A stretch of 64,000 bases of DNA from NCBI GenBank assembly GCA_963788655.1, contig CAWBHS010000049.1, positions 64,001 to 128,000 on the forward strand, in the 5' to 3' direction. The position numbers and the translations under genes are program-made. Source of the DNA: an uncultured Verrucomicrobiae bacterium (GTDB lineage Bacteria; Verrucomicrobiota; Verrucomicrobiia; Limisphaerales; JAFGQR01). Position 1 is the first letter of the stretch; every line of letters starts with the position of its first letter. Below the pieces are notes generated by a model. It was not told the origin of the DNA, made no database searches, and saw nothing but the letters and a program-made list of their open reading frames with translations. Shown piece by piece: positions 41,981-53,479 of this stretch.

Positions 41981-42272
41981 GGACGGCGACCCGCAGGCGG
42001 GGCGTCAAAAGTTGGAACCTGGCGATGGAAGTTGTCGGTGCAACGGCGGACCTGGCGGCACGGACGAGCATCGGTACGTCGTGTCAAAAAACAGTTTTTT
42101 GGCGATAGAATAATTTTGTCTCTTGACTCGAACCTTTAATGGATGACCCGTTTAGACCCGTTTACGTTACGTTTATGGTCGGCTCGCTCATGGAATATTC
42201 AATTGTCTATCAGATAATGCGCAATAGAGAAGCCTAAAGGGCAAAGGAAATTTGGCAGATTTGCTCGACCCC

Positions 42273-42312
42273 AATTGATAGGAATTTGCTTTTTTGACGC
42301 TCCGCGCTTCAG
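42273..42312 (-). repeat. oriIS-like site, 29-bp identical to 44683-44711
   Basis: AATTGATAGGAATTTGCTTTTTTGACGCT in both places. Confidence 0.85.
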
Positions 42313-42410
42313 CCCCTCCGCTTTGCGGCGAGGCGCCGCAAACAGCACGCGAGGCGCGTGCGCTCCCCAAAAACCATCTTCACCCCGGCTACGCCTTTTC
42401 TTAATCCGCT

Positions 42411-44676
42411 CTATGATTTCACGATGAGCACGGGGCAGGGCGCGCTTTCGACGATGGCCTCGGCGCTTTGGCCGAAGTGAAGCTGGCCGTCGGACGTGGC
42501 CGTGATTCCGAGCACGATGAGCTGGTGCCCGCCCAGCCGCGCCTGGCGCAAAATCGCGCTCTCCTTGGCGGGCCCCACCAGGGCCTTCGTGACGACATGC
42601 ACCTCCTCGCGTTTGCCGAGCGCGACGATATCCGCCAGCAGCGCGCGCCCCGTCCGGAGGAGTTTTTCGGGGCGCCGCAGCAGCTCGCTATCCGCGGGCG
42701 GGATTGAGACGTGCAGGGCCGTGATCGCGCCGCCGCAGCCCCTGGCGATCGCGACGGCCACTTCGGCGCCGAACCGCGAATAATCCGCGCCCGTCGCCGG
42801 GACTAGAATCCTTTCCAGGGAAGCATCCGAGGGCGCCTGCGCGCTTCCGGCGTTGAGCAGAATGGCGATCGGCCCCGCAAATTCACGGAAGATATTCTCG
42901 ACGGCCGCCTGAAGATCATTCGCTCCACCGAGTCCGAGAATGAGCAGCCCGTAACCGTGCTCCGCTTCCGTCAGGATGGCCGTCTCCGGGTCGTGGTTTT
43001 CCACGGGATGGATCGAGATCAAATCCCGGACTGGCGCGGGCTTCGCGGCCTTTTCGGCGGGGGCGTCCCGCGCCGCGTTTTTCCGGGCGCGTTTCCCAGC
43101 CTCGCTCGCCGCAAGAGCCTTTCCGGCATTCGCGGCTTCCGTGGCGACGTCGTGAGCCGGGCCGGTGTCCTTTGTCGCTCCGCTCGCGTCGATCACCGTC
43201 GCCGTGAGGCGCCGGGCGCCGACCAGCCAGCCAGCGAGCCGCGCAGCCAGTCGGGCCTCTTCGCTGCCATCGAGCCCGACGAGCACGCGCTCGACCTTCG
43301 GCATCAGATCATGTTCCTCCGCCTGCTCCGCCTCGATCCGCTTCTGTTCATCGGGCCGCGTCGGAACGCGGGCGAGCGCCCATCGCAGCAGCGGCGGCAT
43401 GCAGAGCGTCGTGACCACGGCCATGAGGACGATGATCGTGAAAAGGCGCGGATTCAAAACGCCCATCGACAGGCCGATCGTGGCGAGGATGACCTCGGTC
43501 GAGCCGCGCGCATTCATCCCGAGCCCGACTGCCAGCGACTCCGGGTGATTCAATCGCGCAAGCCGGCTGCCGATGTAACAGCCGCCGAGTTTCCCGATGC
43601 TCGCGATGCCGATCAGCAGCGCGGCGAGCCACAGGAGATCGGGATTGCCGAGCACCTTCAGATCGATGGAAAGACCGGCCACGCCGAAGAAAACCGGCAT
43701 GAAGAGCGCGACGATCAGCCCGCGCAGTTGCTCTTCGATGTGCTTCGTCAGGATCGGCGACTGGCCGATCTATGATTCCCGCCACGAATGCGCCGAGCAC
43801 CGTATGCACGCCGATGAAATCGGTGAGCAGCGCCAGCGCGATCATCAGCACGAGGATGACGCTGATGACCGGCATCTCGATGATGAAGCGGTCATTCACC
43901 CAGCGGATGATGCGCGCGACCCAGCGGTGCCCGAGCGTGAAACAAACAACGAGGAAAACGACCGTCCCGCAGACGCTGATGAGCACCGGCCCGAGGACGA
44001 CCTTTCCGTGCGCGGCGAGCCCGCCGATGAACGCGAGAATCGTCCAGCCGATGGTGTCGTCCAGGATCGCTGCGGCGAGGATGATCTGGCCGAGATCGCG
44101 CCGGAGGAAATCCACCTCGCGCAGCACGGCGGCGACGATCTTCACCGAGGAAATCGAGAGCGCCGTCGCGAGGAAAAGCGATGTGATCACCCGACGACCG
44201 GGATCGGGAAGGATGCTCTCGGGCAGCATCTCGCCGAGCGCGTAGCCGCACGAAAACGGGATGAGAATTCCGGCGGCGGAGACGACGGCAGCCATGCGGC
44301 GCACGCGTTTCACGAGCGCGAGATCCGTCTCCATGCCGGTGAGCAGCAGCAGCATGAGCACGCCCAACTCGGACACCGCGCTCAGCATCGGCCGATCGGC
44401 GGATTCCGCCGGAAATATCGTCTGCTGAGCCACCGGCCAGATTGCCCCGAAAACGCTCGGACCCAGCGCGATTCCCGCGAGCAACTGACCGATCACGGCG
44501 GGCTGCCCGATCCGTTGCATGGCTTCACCCAAAAGCCTGCCGGTGAGAACCAGCAGCGCGATCTGCGCGAAGAAAACCACGAGCTTGTGGTCGCCCTGCC
44601 CGACAGCCGCCGCGAGCAAAGGGATGCCGCCATTGAACAGCGAAGAGTGAAGATCGGGCATCGGTCGCAGAGTCAC
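42411..44676 (-). CDS. Cation:proton antiporter (CPA2) with C-terminal universal stress protein domain; frameshift near 43770
   Basis: IGQPAVIGQLLAGIALGPS, AAILDDTIGW, GAFVAG, GMNARGSTE, ILVPATG…HFGQSAEAIVESAPCPVLIV. Confidence 0.88.
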
Positions 44677-44682
44677 GTATTG

Positions 44683-46400
44683 AATTGATAGGAATTTGCT
44701 TTTTTGACGCTGCGTGGTTCAGGGAGAATTGCTTTTGCGTCATGTTCATTTCGGGCGATTTTCTGCCTGCGGGAGCAGGTGTCAACCGCGGTTTCCGTGT
44801 TTTTTTGCTGCTTCGGCAATGGTGCGCCCGTGGCCGCGGCCGGCGGACGCCCGCCGGAGGGATTCGAGGGCAAAACGGGCCGTTGGTGGGCCGCAGCGAG
44901 GCACACCCCACCGGTGGGCGCAGGCGGCGTCTTTGCCTTCGGCGGCCTGGGCTGGATCAGTCGGTCAGGACGTTTTCGTAGTCGGGCATGGGGTCCACGT
45001 CGTCGCACGGTTCGCGGGTCCACGGCCCGGCGTCGGCGTCCGGCGGGGCGCGGGCCGGGGCCAGCAGCGGCGTGCCGCTCCAGAGGCCGAGGTGCCGGAG
45101 GATTTTTTCCACTACTTCACGCTGGTCAATCACGGCAATCACCCGCATCGGGTGCTGGCAGCGGGGGCAGAGCAGCGGGTCGGTGTGCCAGACCTTGCAG
45201 GATCAGGTCGCGCCATTTCTTGGACGGCAGTTTCGCGGGCGGAGGCGGAGTGCTGGGCGGGCGCAGGGGCGCGGACGCCGCGCCCGCCGTTCTGGGCGCG
45301 GTGGCGCTGGCCGCGCATCTTGTTGGAATACCAGCCGTAGTAGCGGACCATTTGCGCGCCTTTGTCGGGGATGTGCTGGGTGATGGCGGCCAGGAAATCG
45401 GTGGGGGTGAAGACTTCGAAGTTGCGGTTGATTTTGGGATTGAGCTTGGAGCGGTAGATGACGGTGTCGGTGGGGGATTCCATCGTCATTTTTTCCACGG
45501 AGAAGGGATTGCGGAGGATGTATTGGGCGAGTTGTTCGAGTTCGGCCTTGTTTTCGGGCGGGACGGGTTCGCCGGCGTGGACGTTGAAGCCGGAGTGTTT
45601 CCAGGAGTGGAGAACCTGGACGCGTTCGGGCGGGAGGAGTTTCAGGGTGACGAGGAATTTGAGGACATGGGCGCGGAAGAGTTCTTCGAGGGGTTTGAGG
45701 GGGAGTTCGGGCAGCGGGTGGAAGATACCGCCTGCCTGTGCCTGGCCGCATGCAGACAGGTCGCGGGTGAAGAGGCCGTCGGCGACAAGGGCGTGAACAT
45801 GGGGATGGAAGTCCAGGTATTCGCCGAAGGTGTGGAGGGTGAGGATAATGGCGGGATGGAAGGAGTTCCGCCGCCCCCGCACCCCGGTCCCTGATGGGGG
45901 CGCGGGAGAAACGGCGGCGCGAAGGTATTCGGTGAGGCTCTGATGGGCCAGGGCGCAGAGGCATTTGAGGAGGCGGCGGTGGCGCTGGAAATAGGGGCGG
46001 AGCATCTTGGGCAGAGCGAGGACATAGTGGCGGTGGGGCACGGGTGCCAGGACGCGGGCGGTGAGGAAGGCGGCGGTGGTCTGGACGTTCTTTTGGTGGC
46101 AGGAGGGGCAGAACCAGCGGGATTTGCAGGAGAAGGCCAGGAGGTGTTCGAGGCGGCAGTGGTCGCAGCGGACGCGGGCGAAGCCGCGCTCGAGGTTGCC
46201 GCAGCCCAGGAATTTGTGGACGACTTGCGGGATGACCGGGCGCAGGGGGCCCAGACGGGGTTGGTAGTCGTGCGGGTAGTTGGCAACGAAGGTGGCGAAG
46301 TGGCGGTGAGCGCAGCGCCAGAGGGGCGACTTTTTCGGGTTGCGGGCATGATAGAGGCGCATCGTGCATAGCAACGTCCGTAATGGACACGCGCGCAATA
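44683..46400 (-). mobile_element. IS91/ISCR-like rolling-circle element; transposase 46362-44957 (frameshift near 45200-45250), oriIS at 44683-44722
   Basis: Zn-binding CGNLERGFARVRCDHC…FSCKSRWFCPSC, HUH HTFGEYLDFHPHVH, YILRNPFS, QHIPDKG..VRYYGWYSN, KILRHLGLW. Confidence 0.9.
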
Positions 46401-46489
46401 GGGGCCATGACAATCCTTTCCGCCTGGGCTTCCTCGGTTTCCTGACGTTCCTCCCAGAGCCCGTAGTACCGCAAAATCTTCTCGATCAT

Positions 46490-49400
46490 CTATCTTCCCT
46501 TTGGCCTTCCCAGCACATCAATCTCGGCGGCGCCAGCGTAGGGTTCGTTGTCGGGCGCATTGCGGGACACCAGTTTGAAACACCGCCCGGACACCGGCCG
46601 GGGCAGGAGCACCACGCGGCCGCTCGCATCCAGGTCGGTCTTTTCGAAGCGGCCGGTGGCGACCGGTTGGCCCCAGTCCTGGCCATCCTGGCTGACGTAG
46701 AATTCGTAGTCACCAATCACCCCTTTGACGTGGCGTCCGTCCTGCCGCGGCAGGTAGGCGAAGCCGGTGATTTCAATGTCCTCCATCAAGTCCACGGCCA
46801 GGTGATGCGGATGCCCCGGACTGCCGCCGTTCCACAGGGTGTGCCAGAAGGTTTCCGGCTTGCCATCAATGGCCAGCACGGCGCGCTCATCCTCCACTTT
46901 GGTATTCTCGCTGCTGAAGGACAGAATTTTCCATCGAGTTTTGGCCAGGCCAAACTCCCGGGTGGCGACGCCGTAGGAAAGGTCTTCGATGGTGAAGTTG
47001 CGGAAGGAAATCTCCGCCTTGCAATTGCCGTGAATCTGAAGCGCGATCAAACCGTCCAGCGGTATGGCCGGGTCGGTCTCGGTGTAATCCACGGTCGTCT
47101 CGCCGTTCAACGCGATCTGGAGGCGCGGCCCCGCACAACGCACTTCATAGCGATTCCAATCGCCCGGCTTTTCCAGCCGCTTGATTTGTTCGTCCGAGGG
47201 GCGAACGAGCATCTGTGTTGCGCCGCGATTCGTCGTAGAGGCAGCCGGAATATCCCGCGCCGATGTCCGCCTGAAATCCGCACATTTCATTCGGCGGCTG
47301 TTTGACGCGGACGCTGCGGAACTGCACGCCGCTGTTCACAAAGCCCTCGGTGCCGACCAGCTTGTATTCGAGGCGAAGGACAAAATTGGTGTACGTCCCC
47401 GCCGCGGCCAGGAACTCGTTGCGCGGATTGCCATCCAGTGAACCGCCGACGATGACCCCGTCCCGCACCCGCCACACATTCGTATCGCCCTCCCAACCCG
47501 CCAGCGACCGACCATCGAAAAGTGAAAGGCGTCGGGCCGGGTTGAGGATCGTCCCGGCGATCTTCCCGGCCTGCCGCCGAATGTCGGCGCTCGGCACGGT
47601 CGCTAGAATTCTCTCGAGGGCTTCCCTGGTCGCGGCTGGATCGGTGGACTGCAAGGCGGGAGCGATTTGCACGATGGCTACGGCGGCTTCGTTCTGCAAT
47701 TCCTTGTCCTCAAGATACGGAATCAGCAGGCGGAGGCTCCGGATGTGTTTCACGCGGCCCAGGCCCGAAATGATCAACCGCCGATCTTGAGTGGTCTGCG
47801 CTGCCTGGTTGGCCCGCTCAAACCATTTGCCCACTGTTTCCGCGGGGCGCTGGTGCTCGTCCGCCGCGGTGGTGGCCAGCCGGATCGCCGAGGCCAGCGC
47901 GCGTTTGCGCTGGGCGGGATTGGCACCGGTGTGCGCCACTGCCAGCAGGTCGTCAATTGGCGCCGGGTCCGGCCAGTGGGCCAGTTGCACGAGCGCCGTG
48001 GCGACCACCGAATCATCGGCGTCTTTCATGGCGGCCAGGAGGACGGGCAAAGCCTGGGCGTCGCCAAGCGAAGCGAGAATTCTGATCCAGGAATTCTCCC
48101 CGCGGGGAGTCGTGGCTTGCTTCAACTCGGCCAGCACGGCTTCGCTGACCGATGCCGCGTGGCCAGTCCGGGTGCAGGTACCGACCACCGCGTTCTCCGC
48201 AGCCTCGCGCACCGATTCGTCCTTGCTGGCTTTGGTCAGCGCGATCAACGCGGACAAATCATCGGGACCAGCGAGGGACTTCAAGGCGCGCAGCGCGGCC
48301 ACGCCAACTTTCACGTCGGGATCAACTGCTTGCTTGAAAAGTTCTGCCGTGGCGTTCGTCACGCTGCGATTCTCCAGCAGCCGGATGAACTGAACGCGCG
48401 ACCCGGCGTCTGCCGCCGATGCGAGCGCTCGGACAATCTGCGCGTCGATCGCGGCTCCTTCCATTCGTTTCAGGCCGCTCAGGGCAATGGCCAGGTCGTT
48501 GGCGCTCCGATTGTCCGCCACGGTCTTGAGCAACACTCCTGCCTCCGCCACCCCGCCGATCCTGCCCAACACCTTGAGAGCGGTCTGGCGGACTTCGGCA
48601 TCCGCACTGGCGGCCTTGGCCTGGAGCACCAGGAACGATTGCGCATTGTGGCAATCCACCAGTGCCGTGAGCAATTGGATCTGTAGCTCCGTCGGAGCCT
48701 GATTAATTTCTGCGTTCAGGGCGTTGGCCAAAGCGTCGCTGGGAATTTCGCGGATGGCGAGGAGCGCGGCGTTGCGGATGATGCGCTCGTTGGCCCGGAG
48801 TTGCTCGATGAGCAACGGCACGCCCTTCGCTTTCCGGGCGACAATGGCGCCGCGCGTTGCTGCCGCCCGATACGATGCCGGCACCTTCGCGTTGCGCACC
48901 GCGTCGTTGAGTGCCACCGCGACTTCCGCGTGGCCGTCAGCCAACTGTTTTTCAGCCGCCAGAAGACACGCAGCGGCGGCCTCCGGGCGGATCGTTTCCG
49001 AACCCTGGTCCAGAGCCTGGCGAAGAATCTCGATGGCTTCTTCGTTCGCAATGCGGCCCAACGCCAGCAAAGCTTCCTGCTTCACCCCGGAAGCCGGATC
49101 GTTGGCCAGCTTCTTCAACAGGCCGAGGGCCTTCACGTCCCGCAGCACGCCCAGCGAATTGATCACGCCGACGAGAAGATTGCCTTTGAGGGTGGTCGCA
49201 GCGGCCCGGAGAGCCTCGGCCGCGCTCGGATCGGGGATACCTTCCAGACCGCTGCGCGCGTAGGCGCTTAGATGTTCATCCGCGAGCAACGCCGCCAGGG
49301 CGGGAACGGCTTGCGCATCACCAAACTCGCCGAGTTGCTGGCAGGCGCGAGCCTTGTCGAATAACGAAGCGTCCGACTGGAGAACGGCAACCAGTTTCCG

Positions 49401-49496
49401 AGACTTTTCAACGTTGCTTTCGGCCGCGATCGCTGTCGCGTGGGTCAGCAGCAGGCCAGTGATCGTCACCGCCAGGAGAACAAATCGGGTAAGCAT
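46490..49496 (-). CDS. HEAT-repeat plus DUF1080 (3-keto-disaccharide hydrolase-like) plus F5/8 type C secreted protein; frameshift near 47215
   Basis: HEAT helices, LFDGRSLAGWEG, NSGVQFRS, LYDESRR, IALQIHG, AIDGKPETFWHT, YLPRQDG. Confidence 0.85.
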
Positions 49497-49523
49497 AGAA
49501 GCCTTCTTCAAAACCTTGCGGCC

Positions 49524-49601
49524 GTAGCGGCGTCTCGGCAGAGCGCCGCACTCGTTGCGCTCGAAATGAAATATGGCGGCGCTCTGCCGAGACGCCGCTA
49601 C
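49524..49601. repeat. GTAG-type REP doublet
   Basis: GTAGCGGCGTCTCGGCAGAGCGCCGC ... GCGGCGCTCTGCCGAGACGCCGCTAC, a perfect inverted pair. Confidence 0.85.
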
Positions 49602-49650
49602 GAGATTCTGAAATTGCCTCATAGTTTTGGGGATTCGGTTTTGAGGATGC

Positions 49651-50955
49651 TCAAAGGTTGAAACTCCACGGTTCGCGGGTCGCCCGGCGGCGCATGCGGT
49701 TGGCCTCCTCGTCTCCGACAAACTCCTCCTTGACGGGATCGAGCGTGAGTTTCCGGCCCAATTGCCACGAGAGTTGCGCCGCGAAACAGGCGATGTGCGA
49801 ATGGCGCATGATGTCCTGATTGCACACCGGCAACGCCCGCGACCTGACACAATCGAAGAAATTCCGTCCGTGCCCCGCCGAACTGAGCCCTGTCCCGCCA
49901 TAGTGTCGATTCAGGGTTTCCGCGAGGTTCTCCGAGAACACCAGTTGCGAGTTGTCACCGGTTTCCACCCAACCTTCGTCGCCTTCGAAGCGCACCGGGC
50001 AGGTGCCCGTCGAAGTGTGATATTGCGGGTCGCGGTTCCCGAAGGCGGTGGGCAGGAAGTCGCAGACGAGTTTAACGCCGTTGGCATACCGGGCGATGAT
50101 GGAGGTCGGCGTGGCTTCGTACTCCAGGGGCGCGGTGTGGTCGGCCTGGTTGGCCCACTGACACAGGTCCAGCGTGTGGGCGCCCCAATCGAGAAAGTTG
50201 CCACCGGCTTCGAAGTCATGGTGACCCCGCCAACCGCCGCTGACATACCGGCTGTTGTAAGGGCGCCAGGGCGCCGGCCCCAGCCAGAGGTCCCAGTCGC
50301 ACTCCTCCTTGGGCGGCTCGGGTTCGGCGGGCAGCCAGGCATAGTTTTTGGAAGGAACATAGACCGACGCGTGCAAGGTATGGAGTCGTCCCAGTTTGCC
50401 GCTCTGAGCCAGGTGGACCGCATACTGAAAGTTGCCGACGCTCCGGCGCTGGGTTCCGGCCTGGAACACCCGCCCATAACGATGAATGCCATTCGCCAGC
50501 GACTGGATTTCGCCGATGGTCATCCCGCAGGGTTTTTCGCTGTAAACGTCTTTCCCGGCCTTTGCGGCCAGGAGCGACGCCAGGGCGTGCCAGCGATCTC
50601 CCGTGGCAATCAGCACCGCGTCAATGTCGGGCCGGGCGAGCAACTCGGACAGATCCCGGTAAATCCGGCAGTCCTGGTTGCCGTAATGCGCGTCCACCTT
50701 TTGCTTGACCTGCTCGCGCCGCTGGCGTGTCACATCGCAGACGGCCACAAACTGAATGTCCTTTTCCGGAAGCATCACGCTCAGGTCATATTGGCCACGC
50801 GGCCCCAGGCCAATCCCGGCGAACACAACCTTATCGCTCGGTGCCACGGCGCCGTCTTTGCCCAAGGCGCGAGCCGGGATGAACCACGGCAAAGCCACGG
50901 CGCTGCCAGCCACGAGAGTTTGTCCCAGAAATTGTCGGCGAGTCTGAATTTTCAT
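49651..50955 (-). CDS. Tat-exported Gfo/Idh/MocA oxidoreductase
   Basis: TRRQFL signal, IGLGPRG, IDAVLIATGDRWH, DVYSEKP, DWDLWLGPAP, DWGAHTLD. Confidence 0.93.
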   Translation of the reverse strand: MKIQTRRQFLGQTLVAGSAVALPWFIPARALGKDGAVAPSDKVVFAGIGLGPRGQYDLSVMLPEKDIQFVAVCDVTRQRREQVKQKVDAHYGNQDCRIYRDLSELLARPDIDAVLIATGDRWHALASLLAAKAGKDVYSEKPCGMTIGEIQSLANGIHRYGRVFQAGTQRRSVGNFQYAVHLAQSGKLGRLHTLHASVYVPSKNYAWLPAEPEPPKEECDWDLWLGPAPWRPYNSRYVSGGWRGHHDFEAGGNFLDWGAHTLDLCQWANQADHTAPLEYEATPTSIIARYANGVKLVCDFLPTAFGNRDPQYHTSTGTCPVRFEGDEGWVETGDNSQLVFSENLAETLNRHYGGTGLSSAGHGRNFFDCVRSRALPVCNQDIMRHSHIACFAAQLSWQLGRKLTLDPVKEEFVGDEEANRMRRRATREPWSFNL

Positions 50956-51085
50956 TGGTCGAAAGTTTTTCGCTAAAGTCCCGCAAGCGTATATGGCCGC
51001 TGAACAAATGAGCAAGCCACAAAGCGGTCAGGATCGGACCAGTTCCTTCATTGTCATGCGGCGGCGGTTGCTTACACTGACCGAT

Positions 51086-53479
51086 ATGAACCGATTCTCT
51101 TTTGTCCGCGCTACGGTACTGGCTCTGGGCGCGTTAGGTTGGCTGGGCGTTTTGCTTGTCCAGACGACTTCCGCGGCGGAACAAATCTCCCTCCACGTCA
51201 GCCCGTTCGGCAACGACGCCAACCCGGGCAGCCCTGACCGGCCCTTCGCCACCCTGGCACGCGCGCAGCAAGCCACGCGTCAGGCAAACGGCGGCGTCGT
51301 GATCGTGCGCGCCGGCACCTACTACCTGCCGGAGACACTCGTGTTCACACCGGCAGACAACGGCACCGAATACCGCGCCGCCAAAGGTGAAACGGTCGTG
51401 ATCAGCGGCGGCCGGAAACTCGATCTAAAGTGGATGCCGTATCGTGACGGCATCTTGCAGGCAAAAACACCAGCCGGGCTCGCGATGGACCAATTGTTCG
51501 TCAATGGCCAGCGCCAGCCCATGGCGCGGTATCCGAATTACGATCCGAACGCCCGCCAGTTCAACGGCTCGGCCGCGGACGCCATCGCGCCGGAACGGGT
51601 GGCGCGTTGGAGCAATCCCGCCGGCGGTTACATCCACGCGATGCACGCCGCGCTCTGGGGCGATATGCACTGGCGCATTCTGGGCAAGAAATCCGACGGC
51701 TCGCTCGATTACGAGGGCGGCTGGCAGAACAACCGCCCCAGCCCAATGCACAAGCGGTTTCGCTTCGTCGAGAACATTCGTGAGGAACTCGACGCGCCGG
51801 GCGAATGGTTCCACGATGCGCCGAATGCCACCCTTTATTTCTTCCCGCCCACCGGAGTGGATTTACCCGCGGCCACCGTCGAGGTCGTGCGGCTCCGGCG
51901 CTTGGTCGAGTTCCAGGGCACGAAGGAGCATCCCGTGAAGGGCATCACGCTGCGCGGGCTGACGTTCCGCCACGCGGCGCGGACGTTCATGGACAACCGC
52001 GAACCGCTCTTGCGCTCCGACTGGACGGTCTATCGCGGTGGCGCGGTGGTCTTGAATGGCGCGGAAAACGTGGCAATCGAAGACTGCGATTTCGACCAAC
52101 TCGGCGGCAACGCGATCTTTGTCAACAATTACAACCGGCGTGGCACCGTGCGCGAGTGTCTGATTCGCGAGAGCGGCGCGAACGGTATTGCGTTCGTCGG
52201 CGATCCGAAGGCGGTGCGGAGTGCGCTGTTCAACTACGGCGCGCCGTTCGACTACGCGAAGCTCGACCGCACGCCCGGCCCGAACGGCGACAATTTTCCC
52301 GCCGACTGTTTGGTGGAGGATTGCTTGATCACGCGCAGCGGGCGGTTCGAGAAACAGACTGCGCCGGTTCAAATCTCGATGTCGCAGAACATCACCGTGC
52401 GGCACTGCTCGATCTACGACGTGCCGCGCGCCGGCATCAATATTGGCGACGGCTGCTGGGGCGGGCACATCATTGAGGATTGCGACATCTTTGACACGGT
52501 TTTGGAAACCGGCGACCACGGCAGCTTCAACTCGTGGGGCCGCGACCGCTATTGGCATCCCGACGTGCGTCGGGTGGACCGGCAGGCCGCGGCGGACCCG
52601 GCGCTGCCGTTTCTCGACATGGTCAAGCCGACGATCCTGCGCCACAATCGCTGGCGCTGCGATCACGGTTGGGACATTGACCTCGATGACGGTTCGAGCC
52701 GTTACATTATATGCGACAACCTGTTGCTGCACGGCGGCCTGAAAATGCGCGAAGGTTACGGCCGCGTCGCGACCAACAACGTCATCATCAATAACAGCCT
52801 GCACCCGCACGTGTGGTTCGAGAACAGCGGCGACGTATTCGCGCGCAACATTGTGATGGGACCGTATCGCCCCGCTCGCATGGACATCGCCAAATGGGGC
52901 AAGGAAGTGGACCACAATTTGTTCGCGACCTCTGAAGCCGACCGCCAGAAATTCGCCGGCAAAGGTTGCGACGCGAATTCGCTCGTGGGCGATCCGTTAT
53001 TTGTGGATGCAGCGAACGGCGATTGCCGCGTGAAAGACAACTCTCCGGCACGGAAGCTTGGCTTCGTAAATTTCCCAATGGACCAATTCGGCGTCCGCTC
53101 GCCGCGGTTACGGCTCATCGCCCGAACCCCAGAAATACCGAACGTGAAAATCGTCGCTGGCGAAGCCACCACATCTGCCACGGTCGAGACGAAGTGGCAA
53201 GGCGCGACGCTGCGCGCCTTGTTGCCCTACGAGTTCTCCGCCCTCGGCGTGGCAGCGGATGCGGGCGGAATCTTTGTTGCGGAAGTCCCGGCGAATTCGG
53301 CGGCGTTTGCCGCAGGTCTGCGCCAGGGCGACTTCATCCAGCGAGTGAACGGACGCGCAGTGCGCGATGTGCCGGAGTTTCTCCAGGCAATGCGCGGCGT
53401 CGCCGCAGGCCAGGCGCTCAAGTTGGCGCTCATCCGCAACCAGCAAGCTCTGTCGCTCGAGGCCTTGCTCAAACCCTGA
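51086..53479 (+). CDS. Right-handed beta-helix glycoside-hydrolase-like (GH141-like) protein with C-terminal PDZ domain
   Basis: HVSPFGND, PFATLARAQ, ARYPN, EELDAPGEW, ETGDHGSFNSWGRDR, DLDDGSS; PDZ motif AGLRQGDFI. Confidence 0.8.
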   Translation: MNRFSFVRATVLALGALGWLGVLLVQTTSAAEQISLHVSPFGNDANPGSPDRPFATLARAQQATRQANGGVVIVRAGTYYLPETLVFTPADNGTEYRAAKGETVVISGGRKLDLKWMPYRDGILQAKTPAGLAMDQLFVNGQRQPMARYPNYDPNARQFNGSAADAIAPERVARWSNPAGGYIHAMHAALWGDMHWRILGKKSDGSLDYEGGWQNNRPSPMHKRFRFVENIREELDAPGEWFHDAPNATLYFFPPTGVDLPAATVEVVRLRRLVEFQGTKEHPVKGITLRGLTFRHAARTFMDNREPLLRSDWTVYRGGAVVLNGAENVAIEDCDFDQLGGNAIFVNNYNRRGTVRECLIRESGANGIAFVGDPKAVRSALFNYGAPFDYAKLDRTPGPNGDNFPADCLVEDCLITRSGRFEKQTAPVQISMSQNITVRHCSIYDVPRAGINIGDGCWGGHIIEDCDIFDTVLETGDHGSFNSWGRDRYWHPDVRRVDRQAAADPALPFLDMVKPTILRHNRWRCDHGWDIDLDDGSSRYIICDNLLLHGGLKMREGYGRVATNNVIINNSLHPHVWFENSGDVFARNIVMGPYRPARMDIAKWGKEVDHNLFATSEADRQKFAGKGCDANSLVGDPLFVDAANGDCRVKDNSPARKLGFVNFPMDQFGVRSPRLRLIARTPEIPNVKIVAGEATTSATVETKWQGATLRALLPYEFSALGVAADAGGIFVAEVPANSAAFAAGLRQGDFIQRVNGRAVRDVPEFLQAMRGVAAGQALKLALIRNQQALSLEALLKP

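Larger units (their letters stand above)
40261..42146 (+). mobile_element. IS110-family element (IS1111-like layout), bounded by a repeated TGA core
   Basis: Removing 40264-42146 restores TCAAGAACTGACCCGTTTA, like the other RAYT-remnant termini. An outward TTGACT lies at 42123. Confidence 0.8.
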
